34,051 nt of DNA, taken from the NCBI GenBank assembly GCA_964374085.1, contig CAYJXD010000001.1, forward strand, positions 15,378-49,428, given 5' to 3'. Below, piece by piece: positions 24,889 through 32,650 of the stretch. A program made the translations under genes and the position numbers. Numbering within the stretch: position 1 is the first letter of the stretch; every line of letters begins with the position of its first letter. This DNA comes from an uncultured Methanosarcinales archaeon (GTDB taxonomy: Archaea > Nanobdellota > Nanobdellia > Woesearchaeales > UBA10216). The notes below the pieces were generated by a model that saw only the letters and a program-made list of their open reading frames with translations, searched no databases and was not told the origin of the DNA.

Positions 24889-25152
24889 TCACTCTTTCCT
24901 TTTTCCTGTCAAAACCCTGTCTATGCTCTTGACTGTCGCGCCATAGTCATTGATTATCTTGAGAAGGCTCTCATAGCTGAAATTGTTGCCTTCAATCGTT
25001 ATCTTCGCAGTCTCAACTCTCCTGTCAACCGAGACAATAGTTATGTCAACTGCTGAAACGCCCTTCACCTGCCCAAGCTTTTTCGACAATTCAAGTATTG
25101 ATGGCTCATGCGGCTTCAAAACATCCAGGACCATTGCCCTCACTGTTCCCAT
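24889..25152 (-). CDS. DUF211-family protein
   Basis: VRAMVLDVLKPHEPSILELSKKL...GVSAVDITIVSVDRRVETAKITIEG matches the family signature. Confidence 0.85.
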   Translation of the reverse strand: MGTVRAMVLDVLKPHEPSILELSKKLGQVKGVSAVDITIVSVDRRVETAKITIEGNNFSYESLLKIINDYGATVKSIDRVLTGKRKE

Positions 25153-25191
25153 TCCTATTTCAAAGTAGGGGGATATTTAAATACTTATTGA

Positions 25192-26409
25192 TTATTTTGC
25201 ACTCACTATCTCAACAACATCCCCGCTCTTCAGGGCATGCTCTTTCCCGACTGTCAGTTTCTTCTTCACGTCTATTGCCCTGATGAAGCTGTTGCCTATG
25301 TCTGAATGTATCTTGAAGGCAAAGTCAAGCGCTGTCGACCTTGGCGGCATCAGATAGCAGTCTGGAAGGACTCGGCCATACTGGTCCTTTAAGTTGTTCA
25401 ATCCGCCTGGGAAGACAGGGATGCACTGCAGGATTTCGAGCACTGCTGAATTGACGCATTTCTGGACTCCTGTTGCGCCATATCGCTGGAGTATGTTTTC
25501 TTTTATGAAATCCAGGGCGTTTTTCTGCTGTGAAGTGAGCTTTGACTCATCCTTTATTGCAAAGTCGCCATCTCCGGGAATGTAATGAATAAGCTCTTTC
25601 TTTGCAGCCTCTTTCAGGGCAAGTTCAGCTTCTGCGCTGCACGGAATTATTTGGTATTCCGGGAACATCTTTGCAAGCCTCTCGTAATTGGCTTGTCCAG
25701 TCCCGATATCCATCTTGTTCGCTGCTATTATCATGGGCTTTGTCCTTCTCCTCAGCTCGGTTGCAAACTCAACTAGCTGCTGCTCTGTCCATTTTGCAGC
25801 GTTTCCGTCATCAAGCTTGAGTTTTTTGACTATATCCTCAACCATTGGCTCTGTTGCGTTTAGTCCCGAGAACTGCCTGGCAACCGCCCGAGCTGCCTTT
25901 GCTTTCTCTGCTGCAGCAGGCGGAAGGTTTGCAACAGCCTTGGTGAATTTTTCCCACGACTTTTTCAGTATGCCTAAGTACCACAGGTCAAGCTCTGTCT
26001 CAAGGAATTTTATGTCGTTTGCAGGGTCATGGCTTCCTGCTGGGACTGATTCTCCTGTTGCGTTGGTTGAGCCTGAGATGTCTATTATATGGATTAAAAC
26101 ATGAGCTTGCCTCAAGTCATCCAGGAACTGGTTTCCCAGTCCTTTTCCTTCATGCGCCCCTGGCACAAGGCCTGCAACGTCAAGCACTTCTACCGGAACA
26201 AACCTGTTGCCTTCAATGCAGTACCCTTCCCTTGGGTTGCATTTCGCCTTGAACTCGGTCTCTGCGCATCTAATCCTTACATGCCCTGCCCCCCTGTTTG
26301 GCTTTATCGTTGTGAACGGGTATGATGCTATGGCTACTTCAGCCAGTGTCAATGCCTTGAAGAAAGTGCTCTTCCCGCAGCTTGGCTTGCCCACTATTCC
26401 AACTAGCAT
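25192..26409 (-). CDS. Obg-family YchF/OLA1-like GTPase/ATPase with a C-terminal TGS-like domain
   Basis: GIVGKPSCGKSTFFKALT, YPFTTI, DVAGLV and NKMD. The C-terminal LKSGDVVEI is TGS-like. Confidence 0.88.
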   Translation of the reverse strand: MLVGIVGKPSCGKSTFFKALTLAEVAIASYPFTTIKPNRGAGHVRIRCAETEFKAKCNPREGYCIEGNRFVPVEVLDVAGLVPGAHEGKGLGNQFLDDLRQAHVLIHIIDISGSTNATGESVPAGSHDPANDIKFLETELDLWYLGILKKSWEKFTKAVANLPPAAAEKAKAARAVARQFSGLNATEPMVEDIVKKLKLDDGNAAKWTEQQLVEFATELRRRTKPMIIAANKMDIGTGQANYERLAKMFPEYQIIPCSAEAELALKEAAKKELIHYIPGDGDFAIKDESKLTSQQKNALDFIKENILQRYGATGVQKCVNSAVLEILQCIPVFPGGLNNLKDQYGRVLPDCYLMPPRSTALDFAFKIHSDIGNSFIRAIDVKKKLTVGKEHALKSGDVVEIVSAK

Positions 26410-26431
26410 TCCCTCTGGTGTATTAGAAAGC

Positions 26432-26439
26432 TTTATAAA
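26432..26439. promoter_or_regulatory. shared palindromic TATA box (TTTATAAA) midway between divergent start codons 26409 and 26463
   Basis: It is the only AT-rich element in the 53-nt spacer. Its centre is about 27 nt from each ATG. Confidence 0.5.
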
Positions 26440-26462
26440 TTTATTACAGCAAAATCAGGGTG

Positions 26463-27074
26463 ATGGGCAACAAGATAGTTCTTCCAGACCTTGAGATCAT
26501 ATTCAGGGATGTATACGTGATGCAGTACCTTTACAGGGTCATGCACTACTGGCTCATTGAGAACGGATGGAAGGACTCGAAAGGCGACCTTGACCATCAA
26601 AGCATGGAAATCCTCTATTTTGAAAGGAGGGGAACTACATTCTCGCCGCAGCACCGTGAATTGAGGATTTGGTGGAGGCTGAACAAGCAGCCCCTATTTG
26701 CGAGCAGCAGCTATTACAGGTACAGGATGGATGTTGACTTTAACGTGATTCAGATGACAGATGTTGAGATAATGAAGGAAGGCCAGAAGCTCAAGGCACA
26801 GCACGGCGAGTTGAGGCTGATGATAAAGCCTTCGCTTGAGCTTGAGACCAGCACAGGCTCCCCATATGAAGGCAAGGGCTGGGGCGCGCATCCCATACTC
26901 AGGTATGTCGAAAGCTATTTCAAGGCCAGAATCCTGAAAAGGGCCTTGGAAGACCACAAGAAGGAGCTATACCGCGAGGCTTACAGGTTCCAGGGCATGA
27001 TAAAGAAATACCTTGAATTGAAGACCTTCCTGCCAGACATGGAAGTCTTCCACGAGAAGTTCGAGTACATATGA
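26463..27074 (+). CDS. hypothetical protein
   Basis: Well-formed ORF (ATG 26463, GTG 26460) with a promoter and a T-rich terminator. No family recognised. Confidence 0.5.
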   Translation: MGNKIVLPDLEIIFRDVYVMQYLYRVMHYWLIENGWKDSKGDLDHQSMEILYFERRGTTFSPQHRELRIWWRLNKQPLFASSSYYRYRMDVDFNVIQMTDVEIMKEGQKLKAQHGELRLMIKPSLELETSTGSPYEGKGWGAHPILRYVESYFKARILKRALEDHKKELYREAYRFQGMIKKYLELKTFLPDMEVFHEKFEYI

Positions 27075-27094
27075 TTAATTAGTGGTTGCTGAAG

Positions 27095-27108
27095 TTTTTC
27101 TTTTTTTT
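27095..27108 (+). terminator. oligo-T archaeal terminator for 26463..27074
   Basis: TTTTTCTTTTTTTT begins 21 nt after the stop codon. Confidence 0.45.
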
Positions 27109-27118
27109 ATCTTTAGAA

Positions 27119-28117
27119 TTATTTCCCAGCCAGCACTTTCCTTTTCACATACCTGAAGAAATTTATGCCTTCATGGGAAAGGAACATCAGCCCAAACAGC
27201 ATGAGAAGCAGGTCCTTGAATCTTATCAGCAGAGACAACGCTATGCCCATTCCGCCTCCGATTCCAAGCAGCTCAAAGAGGGAGAACTGGCTTGCCTCAA
27301 GCACTCCAAGTCCCGCTGGGACTGGTATCAATGTTGATAGGCCGGTTGCAAGTATCATCAGCAGTATTTCAGTCATTGACGCGTCGTAGCCGATTATCAT
27401 GGTTGCCAGCTTGAACTCTGTAAATATCACTGCCCACTGGAAAATTGATACTATTATTATCTTGCCAAGGCACTCCTTCTTGTTGTCAAAGAAATGCTGG
27501 GTTGCCTTGTCTATGTCAACAAGCTTCAGCTTCACCTTCCTGAAAACCTTTTTTTTGGGAATCAAGTGCATGAGCGTTGTCAATATTCCCTGCTTTGATG
27601 ACACGTAGTAGAAAACAAAAAGCAAAGCCGCTATCAGCAGCATCCCTATCATCAGTATTTCCCTTGTTGCAGATGGTATGGTGAATGTGGCCAGCAGCAG
27701 CACAATGATGAATACAATCAGGATTGCGTCTATTACTGTCTCAACTGTTTTGTCTATGAAAACAGATGAAAATGCGTGCGTTGAATTGACCTTGTGCTTC
27801 TTCAGCATGTATGCCCTTATCGGCTCCCCTCCAAGCCTTGCAAACGGCGTCAGGTATCCAATCGAAAATGATGCCAGCCTGTATGTCATCAGCCTTGGCA
27901 GCCTCACCTTGTGGCCCTGCGCCTCAAGTATCAGCCTCCATTTGTACGATGAGAGCACATAAACCATGAAGGCTGCTGCCAGGTATGCCCCCAGATATAA
28001 TAATGAGAATTGCCTGAAAGTGCTTGCTATGTTCTGCAGGCCTGCAAATCCCAGGATGCCAATAAAAAGGGATATCCCAATTGCCAGCGGGAAAAGGACT
28101 ACAAGAACTTTTCTCAA
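27119..28117 (-). CDS. flippase-like / lysyl-PG synthase TM-region (UPF0104) family membrane protein
   Basis: Polytopic. YKWRLIL...RLMTYRLASFSIGYLTPFARLGGEPIRAYML is typical of the family. The TTG start directly abuts the upstream TGA. Confidence 0.75.
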   Translation of the reverse strand: MRKVLVVLFPLAIGISLFIGILGFAGLQNIASTFRQFSLLYLGAYLAAAFMVYVLSSYKWRLILEAQGHKVRLPRLMTYRLASFSIGYLTPFARLGGEPIRAYMLKKHKVNSTHAFSSVFIDKTVETVIDAILIVFIIVLLLATFTIPSATREILMIGMLLIAALLFVFYYVSSKQGILTTLMHLIPKKKVFRKVKLKLVDIDKATQHFFDNKKECLGKIIIVSIFQWAVIFTEFKLATMIIGYDASMTEILLMILATGLSTLIPVPAGLGVLEASQFSLFELLGIGGGMGIALSLLIRFKDLLLMLFGLMFLSHEGINFFRYVKRKVLAGK

Positions 28118-29203
28118 TCAAATCACCAAATAAAGCGCTGCCCAGAGCATTCCTGCATCTGAATGATAGAAGGGAGTGCTGAATGGCTTCCCATTTGCAG
28201 AGTAAACTTCCATGTAAGCCATATTCCGCCCTATCAGGTTTTTATATGTTTCCATGTGCTTTTCAGCAGCTTTCCTGTCAACCCTGGACAGCAGCTTGAT
28301 GTATAATGGCCCCATCTGCGCCCATATCGCGTCTTTCTGCCATCCTTTCACAAGCAGCTCATAGGAAATCATCCTCTGATTCGCTGTCTTATTAGTATAT
28401 TTGAGAGGAAACGGCTTGTCCAGCCCTGCGTCCATTATTGCCGAGAATGACTTTTTCATCATTTCTTTTGATTTAATCGCGCCAGTCCAGTATGGGAAAA
28501 TGTTTGCGTCGCCGGCAACATGCTTCGAGTTAAAGTCATCCAGAAAGTAACTGCCATTCCAGAAAAAGTCTTTCAGCAGCTTTGGATAGTTGTAGCCGGA
28601 AAACGGGTTCTTCAGCTTGAGTTCCTTGAGGCACTTGCTCAGCATTGCAACCATTGAATTGTCATAGCAGGAGCTGCTTCTAATGGCATAGTCTTTCATT
28701 GACGAGAAAGATGCATTCCTCTTGACCAGGCCTGTATCCTTGTCTATTCCAAGATGGAAAAGCCTTCCGATTTCCCTCTCTATCAGCTGCCTGTGCCTGG
28801 AAACAAGCCCTGATGCTTTGGCAACCTTCAGGCTGTGGATGAGAAAAGGCAGCGTGTCTATTGCATAGCCTGGAAAGTCAAACGGCTGGCCTTTTGGAGT
28901 CAATGCCACAGCCATTCTTCCATGCTTCTCATACTTTCCCAATGCATAGGCAAGAGTCTTCTTTATTTCATCTGCATATCCCAGTTTCAGGAGGGCATCA
29001 GCGCACAATCCAAAATCCCTTGCATAGAATTGCGAGAAATGGCCAGAGCTGGTCTGGAAGAATTTGCCGTTCCAGCAGTCTGTCACAGTCTGGCGGCATA
29101 TCTGCTCAGCATTTCCCCTGTACTTCTTATGCCCCCTTATTTTCCTGTCAAGGGAATGCCTGAAAATCCTCATTCCCTCTGACAAGTGTATTCGCACGCT
29201 CAT
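28118..29203 (-). CDS. hypothetical protein, possibly (alpha/alpha)6 glycosidase-like
   Basis: Solid ORF. FYARDFGLCADALLKLGY and the repeated helical pattern hint at a six-hairpin glycosidase fold, but no family is firmly recognised. Confidence 0.5.
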   Translation of the reverse strand: MSVRIHLSEGMRIFRHSLDRKIRGHKKYRGNAEQICRQTVTDCWNGKFFQTSSGHFSQFYARDFGLCADALLKLGYADEIKKTLAYALGKYEKHGRMAVALTPKGQPFDFPGYAIDTLPFLIHSLKVAKASGLVSRHRQLIEREIGRLFHLGIDKDTGLVKRNASFSSMKDYAIRSSSCYDNSMVAMLSKCLKELKLKNPFSGYNYPKLLKDFFWNGSYFLDDFNSKHVAGDANIFPYWTGAIKSKEMMKKSFSAIMDAGLDKPFPLKYTNKTANQRMISYELLVKGWQKDAIWAQMGPLYIKLLSRVDRKAAEKHMETYKNLIGRNMAYMEVYSANGKPFSTPFYHSDAGMLWAALYLVI

Positions 29204-29216
29204 TTTGATTTGATAT

Positions 29217-29310
29217 GTGCCTGCGGGGACTTTCGAGCACTCTGTGCAATTCGAACCCCGAACCTACAGCTTAGGAGGCTGTCGCCCTATCCGGATTAGG
29301 CTACAGGCAC
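29217..29310 (-). tRNA. tRNA-Arg (anticodon CCU) with a 20-nt intron in the T-loop
   Basis: Minus-strand folding by hand. Acceptor GTGCCTG/CAGGCAC. D-arm GCCT/GGGC with GG in the loop. Anticodon arm ACAGC-CTCCTAA-GCTGT. T-stem CGGGG/CCCCG enclosing 27 nt instead of 7. No encoded CCA. The TATA is about 31 nt upstream. Confidence 0.85.
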
Positions 29311-29357
29311 GTGAATTGATAGATTTTCATTCTGCCTTATAAAATTATCCTCGGCGA

Positions 29358-29888
29358 TCACATTATTGACTTCAAAAAAGGAGCCAGCCTTGAGAATAAA
29401 GCTATGTTGAACAGCAAGTTTGTCCCTACATAGACTGCCCCATAAGCCAATGTTCCTCCCATTGCCATTTGCATTGGCGCGGTAATTATGTGATAAACAA
29501 CTGTCAGCCCAATCCCCAGCGTAACTATGTCAATGTTGCTGAACATTGCTGCCAGCACTGCAACAACAGCTATTCCGATGATGCTGCTGAATGAGGTGTG
29601 GTCAAGCCTCTCGGATATGATTTTGCTTGCGATTGTGGATATTATCCCAACAGCAAGCCCAGCAATCAACCCATAGCTCACCGAAACCAGGATTGTTGCC
29701 AGCTTTATCAGCTCGAAGTTCACTGGGCTTTTGAAGAAGTTCTGGTAAAAGGTTGAGATGGAGGCTGCTGCTGTCAGTGCAACAACTGCAGCCAGAAACC
29801 TTAAGTCCTTCCGGAATAGCATTGCCAAAAGGGCAAGAACCCCTGCTATCAATGCATACATGTATTGCTTTCTGGTTATCTTCATCAA
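29358..29888 (-). CDS. polytopic membrane protein, paralogue of 31423..31977
   Basis: It shares STFY.N.F..PVNFELIKLAT and RLDH blocks with the other copy. No family recognised. Confidence 0.6.
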   Translation of the reverse strand: MMKITRKQYMYALIAGVLALLAMLFRKDLRFLAAVVALTAAASISTFYQNFFKSPVNFELIKLATILVSVSYGLIAGLAVGIISTIASKIISERLDHTSFSSIIGIAVVAVLAAMFSNIDIVTLGIGLTVVYHIITAPMQMAMGGTLAYGAVYVGTNLLFNIALFSRLAPFLKSIM

Positions 29889-29905
29889 GGCAGGGTTCAG
29901 ATACG

Positions 29906-29916
29906 CTTAAATAAAG
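29906..29916. promoter_or_regulatory. shared central TATA element (CTTAAATAAAG) between divergent starts 29888 and 29936
   Basis: It is the only AT-rich element in the 47-nt spacer, centred about 24 nt from each ATG. Confidence 0.45.
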
Positions 29917-29935
29917 TTTTTGATTCCTCTCCTTC

Positions 29936-30949
29936 ATGGCCATAGTCAAGTCAATTCCAGATGATTTCCAGGTTGATGAAGTTTTTTCCCAGCCTGAACT
30001 TTCAGCTAACGGAAAGTATTCATATGCTGTGATGAGGAAGAAAGGGTTCAATTCCATCTCGGCAGCAAGGCTTCTTGCGGGAATCTTCAACCTTATCCCT
30101 AAGGACATTGGCTTTGCCGGGCTGAAGGACAAGAATGCTGTCACATCCCAGCTAATGTCGCTTAAGGGGATTTCAGAGGAGAGGATAAGGAATTTTAGCC
30201 ATCCTGTGATTTCTCTCGATTATATCGGGAGGGGAAGCGAGCCTGTTACGGTTGGGATGCTCCTTGGCAACAGGTTCAGGATTGTGCTGAGGGATTGCTC
30301 AGGCAGTGAGAAAAAAACAATCAGTGAAAATCTTGGTCTCCTTGGGCAGGGCGTGTTGATTCCCAATTATTTCGGCAGCCAGAGGTTCAGCAAGTCAAAC
30401 CATCATGTTGGAAGGGCAATCGTGCTGGGCAATTTCAGGGAGGCGGCAATGATTTTGGATGGTGCCGAGTCCCCTAACCCTGTATCAAGGTTGCGGCTCC
30501 TTCCCAGCAGGCTTCTAAGGCTGCTTGTCCACAGCTACCAGTCCTACATATTCAACAGCTGCCTTTCAGAATACCTGTATGCAAAATCATCAGTTTCAAA
30601 AACAGCCTTGAATTCCGGGGGCAAGATGGTCTTCCCCTTGGAGCCCATGGAATCCGAGTCATTGCCAGTCCTTGGCTTCTCGACAGAGCTGGAAAAATCC
30701 AGCCCCGGATTCTCATCAATAATGTCCTCGTTCATGAAAAGAGAGGGCATAACCGGAAGAAGCTTTGTGATAAGGAGCATCCCGTACATAAGCAGCGAGG
30801 GCTCTGAAAGGGAGTCGATGATGAGCATCAAGAATGCTTCTGTTGAGGAAGAGAATGGGAACTGCATAATTTCGTTTGAGCTTGGAAAGGGCTCTTACGC
30901 AACTGTTGCGCTTGCTTTCCTTCTATCCGAAGTAAGGAAGGCTGACTGA
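29936..30949 (+). CDS. truD: tRNA pseudouridine synthase TruD/Pus7 family
   Basis: DDFQVDEV, GLKDKNAVTSQ (catalytic Asp), GNRFRIVLR, PNYFGSQRF and QSYIFN. Confidence 0.88.
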   Translation: MAIVKSIPDDFQVDEVFSQPELSANGKYSYAVMRKKGFNSISAARLLAGIFNLIPKDIGFAGLKDKNAVTSQLMSLKGISEERIRNFSHPVISLDYIGRGSEPVTVGMLLGNRFRIVLRDCSGSEKKTISENLGLLGQGVLIPNYFGSQRFSKSNHHVGRAIVLGNFREAAMILDGAESPNPVSRLRLLPSRLLRLLVHSYQSYIFNSCLSEYLYAKSSVSKTALNSGGKMVFPLEPMESESLPVLGFSTELEKSSPGFSSIMSSFMKREGITGRSFVIRSIPYISSEGSERESMMSIKNASVEEENGNCIISFELGKGSYATVALAFLLSEVRKAD

Positions 30950-31384
30950 AGGCTCTGCCTCTTTTTTCCATGAGGCTTCCAGCCTGGAAAGGATATCCAC
31001 AAGCATTGGCTTGACTTTCTTCCATTCAGCAAGCGAGCCAGAAATGAATTTCCTGTCATCCTCGTCACTGTTCATTATCTGGAGAGCATCGCATTTTCTC
31101 TTAAGGCTCATCAGCGCCCTGTAAAGGTTAAAAATCTCCTTTTTGTCTTCCTCTGTGAATATCCTGCTCTCGTAAAGGCTTGAAAGGTTTACGTCTGGCT
31201 GGAGCGTGTGGTCCAATAAGTCAGCCGATGCTGCCAGCTTGTCAGAGATTTTTTCCCTCACAGACCTAAGCACATTTCCATTTGGCTCGATTGAGGAAAG
31301 GTCAAACTCTCGGTCAAGCTCGCCGTATTCTGGAAGCTTCATCTTTTCCCTGAGCTCGGCATAGTCTTTTTCTATCGTCGCCAT
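30923..31384 (-). CDS. hypothetical acidic helical protein
   Basis: ORF whose ATG is 27 nt from TATA gtttaaatag. It overlaps the truD 3' end by 27 nt. No family recognised. Confidence 0.5.
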   Translation of the reverse strand: MATIEKDYAELREKMKLPEYGELDREFDLSSIEPNGNVLRSVREKISDKLAASADLLDHTLQPDVNLSSLYESRIFTEEDKKEIFNLYRALMSLKRKCDALQIMNSDEDDRKFISGSLAEWKKVKPMLVDILSRLEASWKKEAEPSVSLPYFG

Positions 31385-31422
31385 GGTTCTTCCGGATTCT
31401 GCCTGTGTTTAAATAGTTTTGC

Positions 31423-31977
31423 TCAAAGCGAATTCAGCAGCATGATCCCATCCAAGAGGAATGGAGCCACTGTGAAGAAAATCACTGTGTTGAATCCTAT
31501 GTTTGTCAGCGCGTATGTGGCTGCAAATCCTGGATTGTCGCCTGAATGGATGCTGATGGGCAGGGTGACTAAGTGATATAGCGATGAAAGCATAATCCCC
31601 AAAATCCTGATGTCCTTCCCTGAGTAGATAGAGGCTGCTGCCGCAACAAGGGTGATGCCCGCAAGCGATATCAGGAGCCGATGGTCAAGCCTTCCGCTCC
31701 ACAGCCTGCTGAGGAAAGTCGATGATACCCCTGTTATGATTCCAGTAACAGGGCCGAAGGCAATTGATGTAAGCACGGTTGCCAGTTTTATCAGTTCAAA
31801 ATTCACAGGCCCATGGAAATAGTTGTAGTAGAATGTTGACATTCCTGCAATCGCAATCAGCGCGCCTACAATCAGCATTAGCTTGAATTTCTGGCCGAGC
31901 AGGAGGTAAAGTGTCAAAAGAAGCAATACCCAGAACACTGCCTTTGCATAGCTTTTTCCCTGTTCTTTTTTTTTCAT
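31423..31977 (-). CDS. polytopic membrane protein, paralogue of 29358..29888
   Basis: It has the same conserved blocks as the other copy. It starts 1 nt after the rhomboid stop codon. Confidence 0.6.
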   Translation of the reverse strand: MKKKEQGKSYAKAVFWVLLLLTLYLLLGQKFKLMLIVGALIAIAGMSTFYYNYFHGPVNFELIKLATVLTSIAFGPVTGIITGVSSTFLSRLWSGRLDHRLLISLAGITLVAAAASIYSGKDIRILGIMLSSLYHLVTLPISIHSGDNPGFAATYALTNIGFNTVIFFTVAPFLLDGIMLLNSL

Positions 31978-31978
31978 T

Positions 31979-32590
31979 TTACATGTATTTCCTTTCCCAG
32001 TCTCTTAACTCATTGTTGCTGACTGCTGGCTTTTCACTTTTCCTTTTCTCAAACAGCGGCTTTTTCTCCCTCAGTGCAAAGCCTGCAATGATGCCCACAG
32101 CCAGCCCTGAAAGGTGGGCTGCGTTGGCGACATCGCTCGGAATGACAAGGCCAAGCAGGTCTCCTATTGCCCAGGCTCCTGCTGCGATAAACATCGGCAT
32201 GGGCAGGTAGTAAGCCCACACTGTCATCAGCGGCCTCAACACTGCCACTGCGCCTATTATTCCGAATATTGCCCCGGACGCCCCTATTGCAGAGTCGTAG
32301 AAGAGCGCAGAGGCGATGCTTGAAACCAGTCCTGCAGAAAAAAACACTGCCAGAAGCCTGGCTGTGCCAATCATTTTCTCAATGATCAGGCCGAACAGGG
32401 CCAGCCCTACAATGTTATACAGCAAGTGGACCACGCCTGAGTGAAGGAATATTGTAGTCAGCAGTGTCCATGGCTTTTCCTTTGCTTCAGAGCTTACAAG
32501 CCTGAAGCTGTACATCTCTTCAGGGAGCATCTGCTGCATGATGAACACAACTATCAGCGCAGACACAATGTAAAGCGTTATTCCTTTCAT
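31979..32590 (-). CDS. rhomboid-family intramembrane serine protease
   Basis: FLHSGVVHLLYN, GASGAIFG (catalytic Ser) and AHLSG (catalytic His). I preferred ATG 32590 over the listed TTG 32596. Confidence 0.88.
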   Translation of the reverse strand: MKGITLYIVSALIVVFIMQQMLPEEMYSFRLVSSEAKEKPWTLLTTIFLHSGVVHLLYNIVGLALFGLIIEKMIGTARLLAVFFSAGLVSSIASALFYDSAIGASGAIFGIIGAVAVLRPLMTVWAYYLPMPMFIAAGAWAIGDLLGLVIPSDVANAAHLSGLAVGIIAGFALREKKPLFEKRKSEKPAVSNNELRDWERKYM

Positions 32591-32612
32591 ATCCAATCAT
32601 ATCAGGCGGAAA

Positions 32613-32628
32613 TATAAAAGCTTTTATA
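32613..32628. promoter_or_regulatory. perfect 16-bp palindrome TATAAAAG|CTTTTATA: back-to-back TATA boxes for divergent genes
   Basis: The palindrome centre (32620/32621) equals the midpoint of ATG 32590 (minus strand) and ATG 32651 (plus strand). Confidence 0.55.
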
Positions 32629-32650
32629 ATTGCAGTTCCTCCGATTCCTC

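Noticed and set aside
29602-30144. 180-aa minus-strand ORF spanning the membrane-protein gene, the bidirectional promoter and the truD 5' end
   Set aside because: It overlaps two better-supported genes and runs across their shared promoter. It has no recognisable features.
30923-30940. Possible proteasome-activating HbYX-like C-terminus (…LPYFG) on ORF 30923..31384
   Set aside because: The HbYX motif needs a penultimate Tyr. Here Tyr is third from the end, so the motif is not satisfied.
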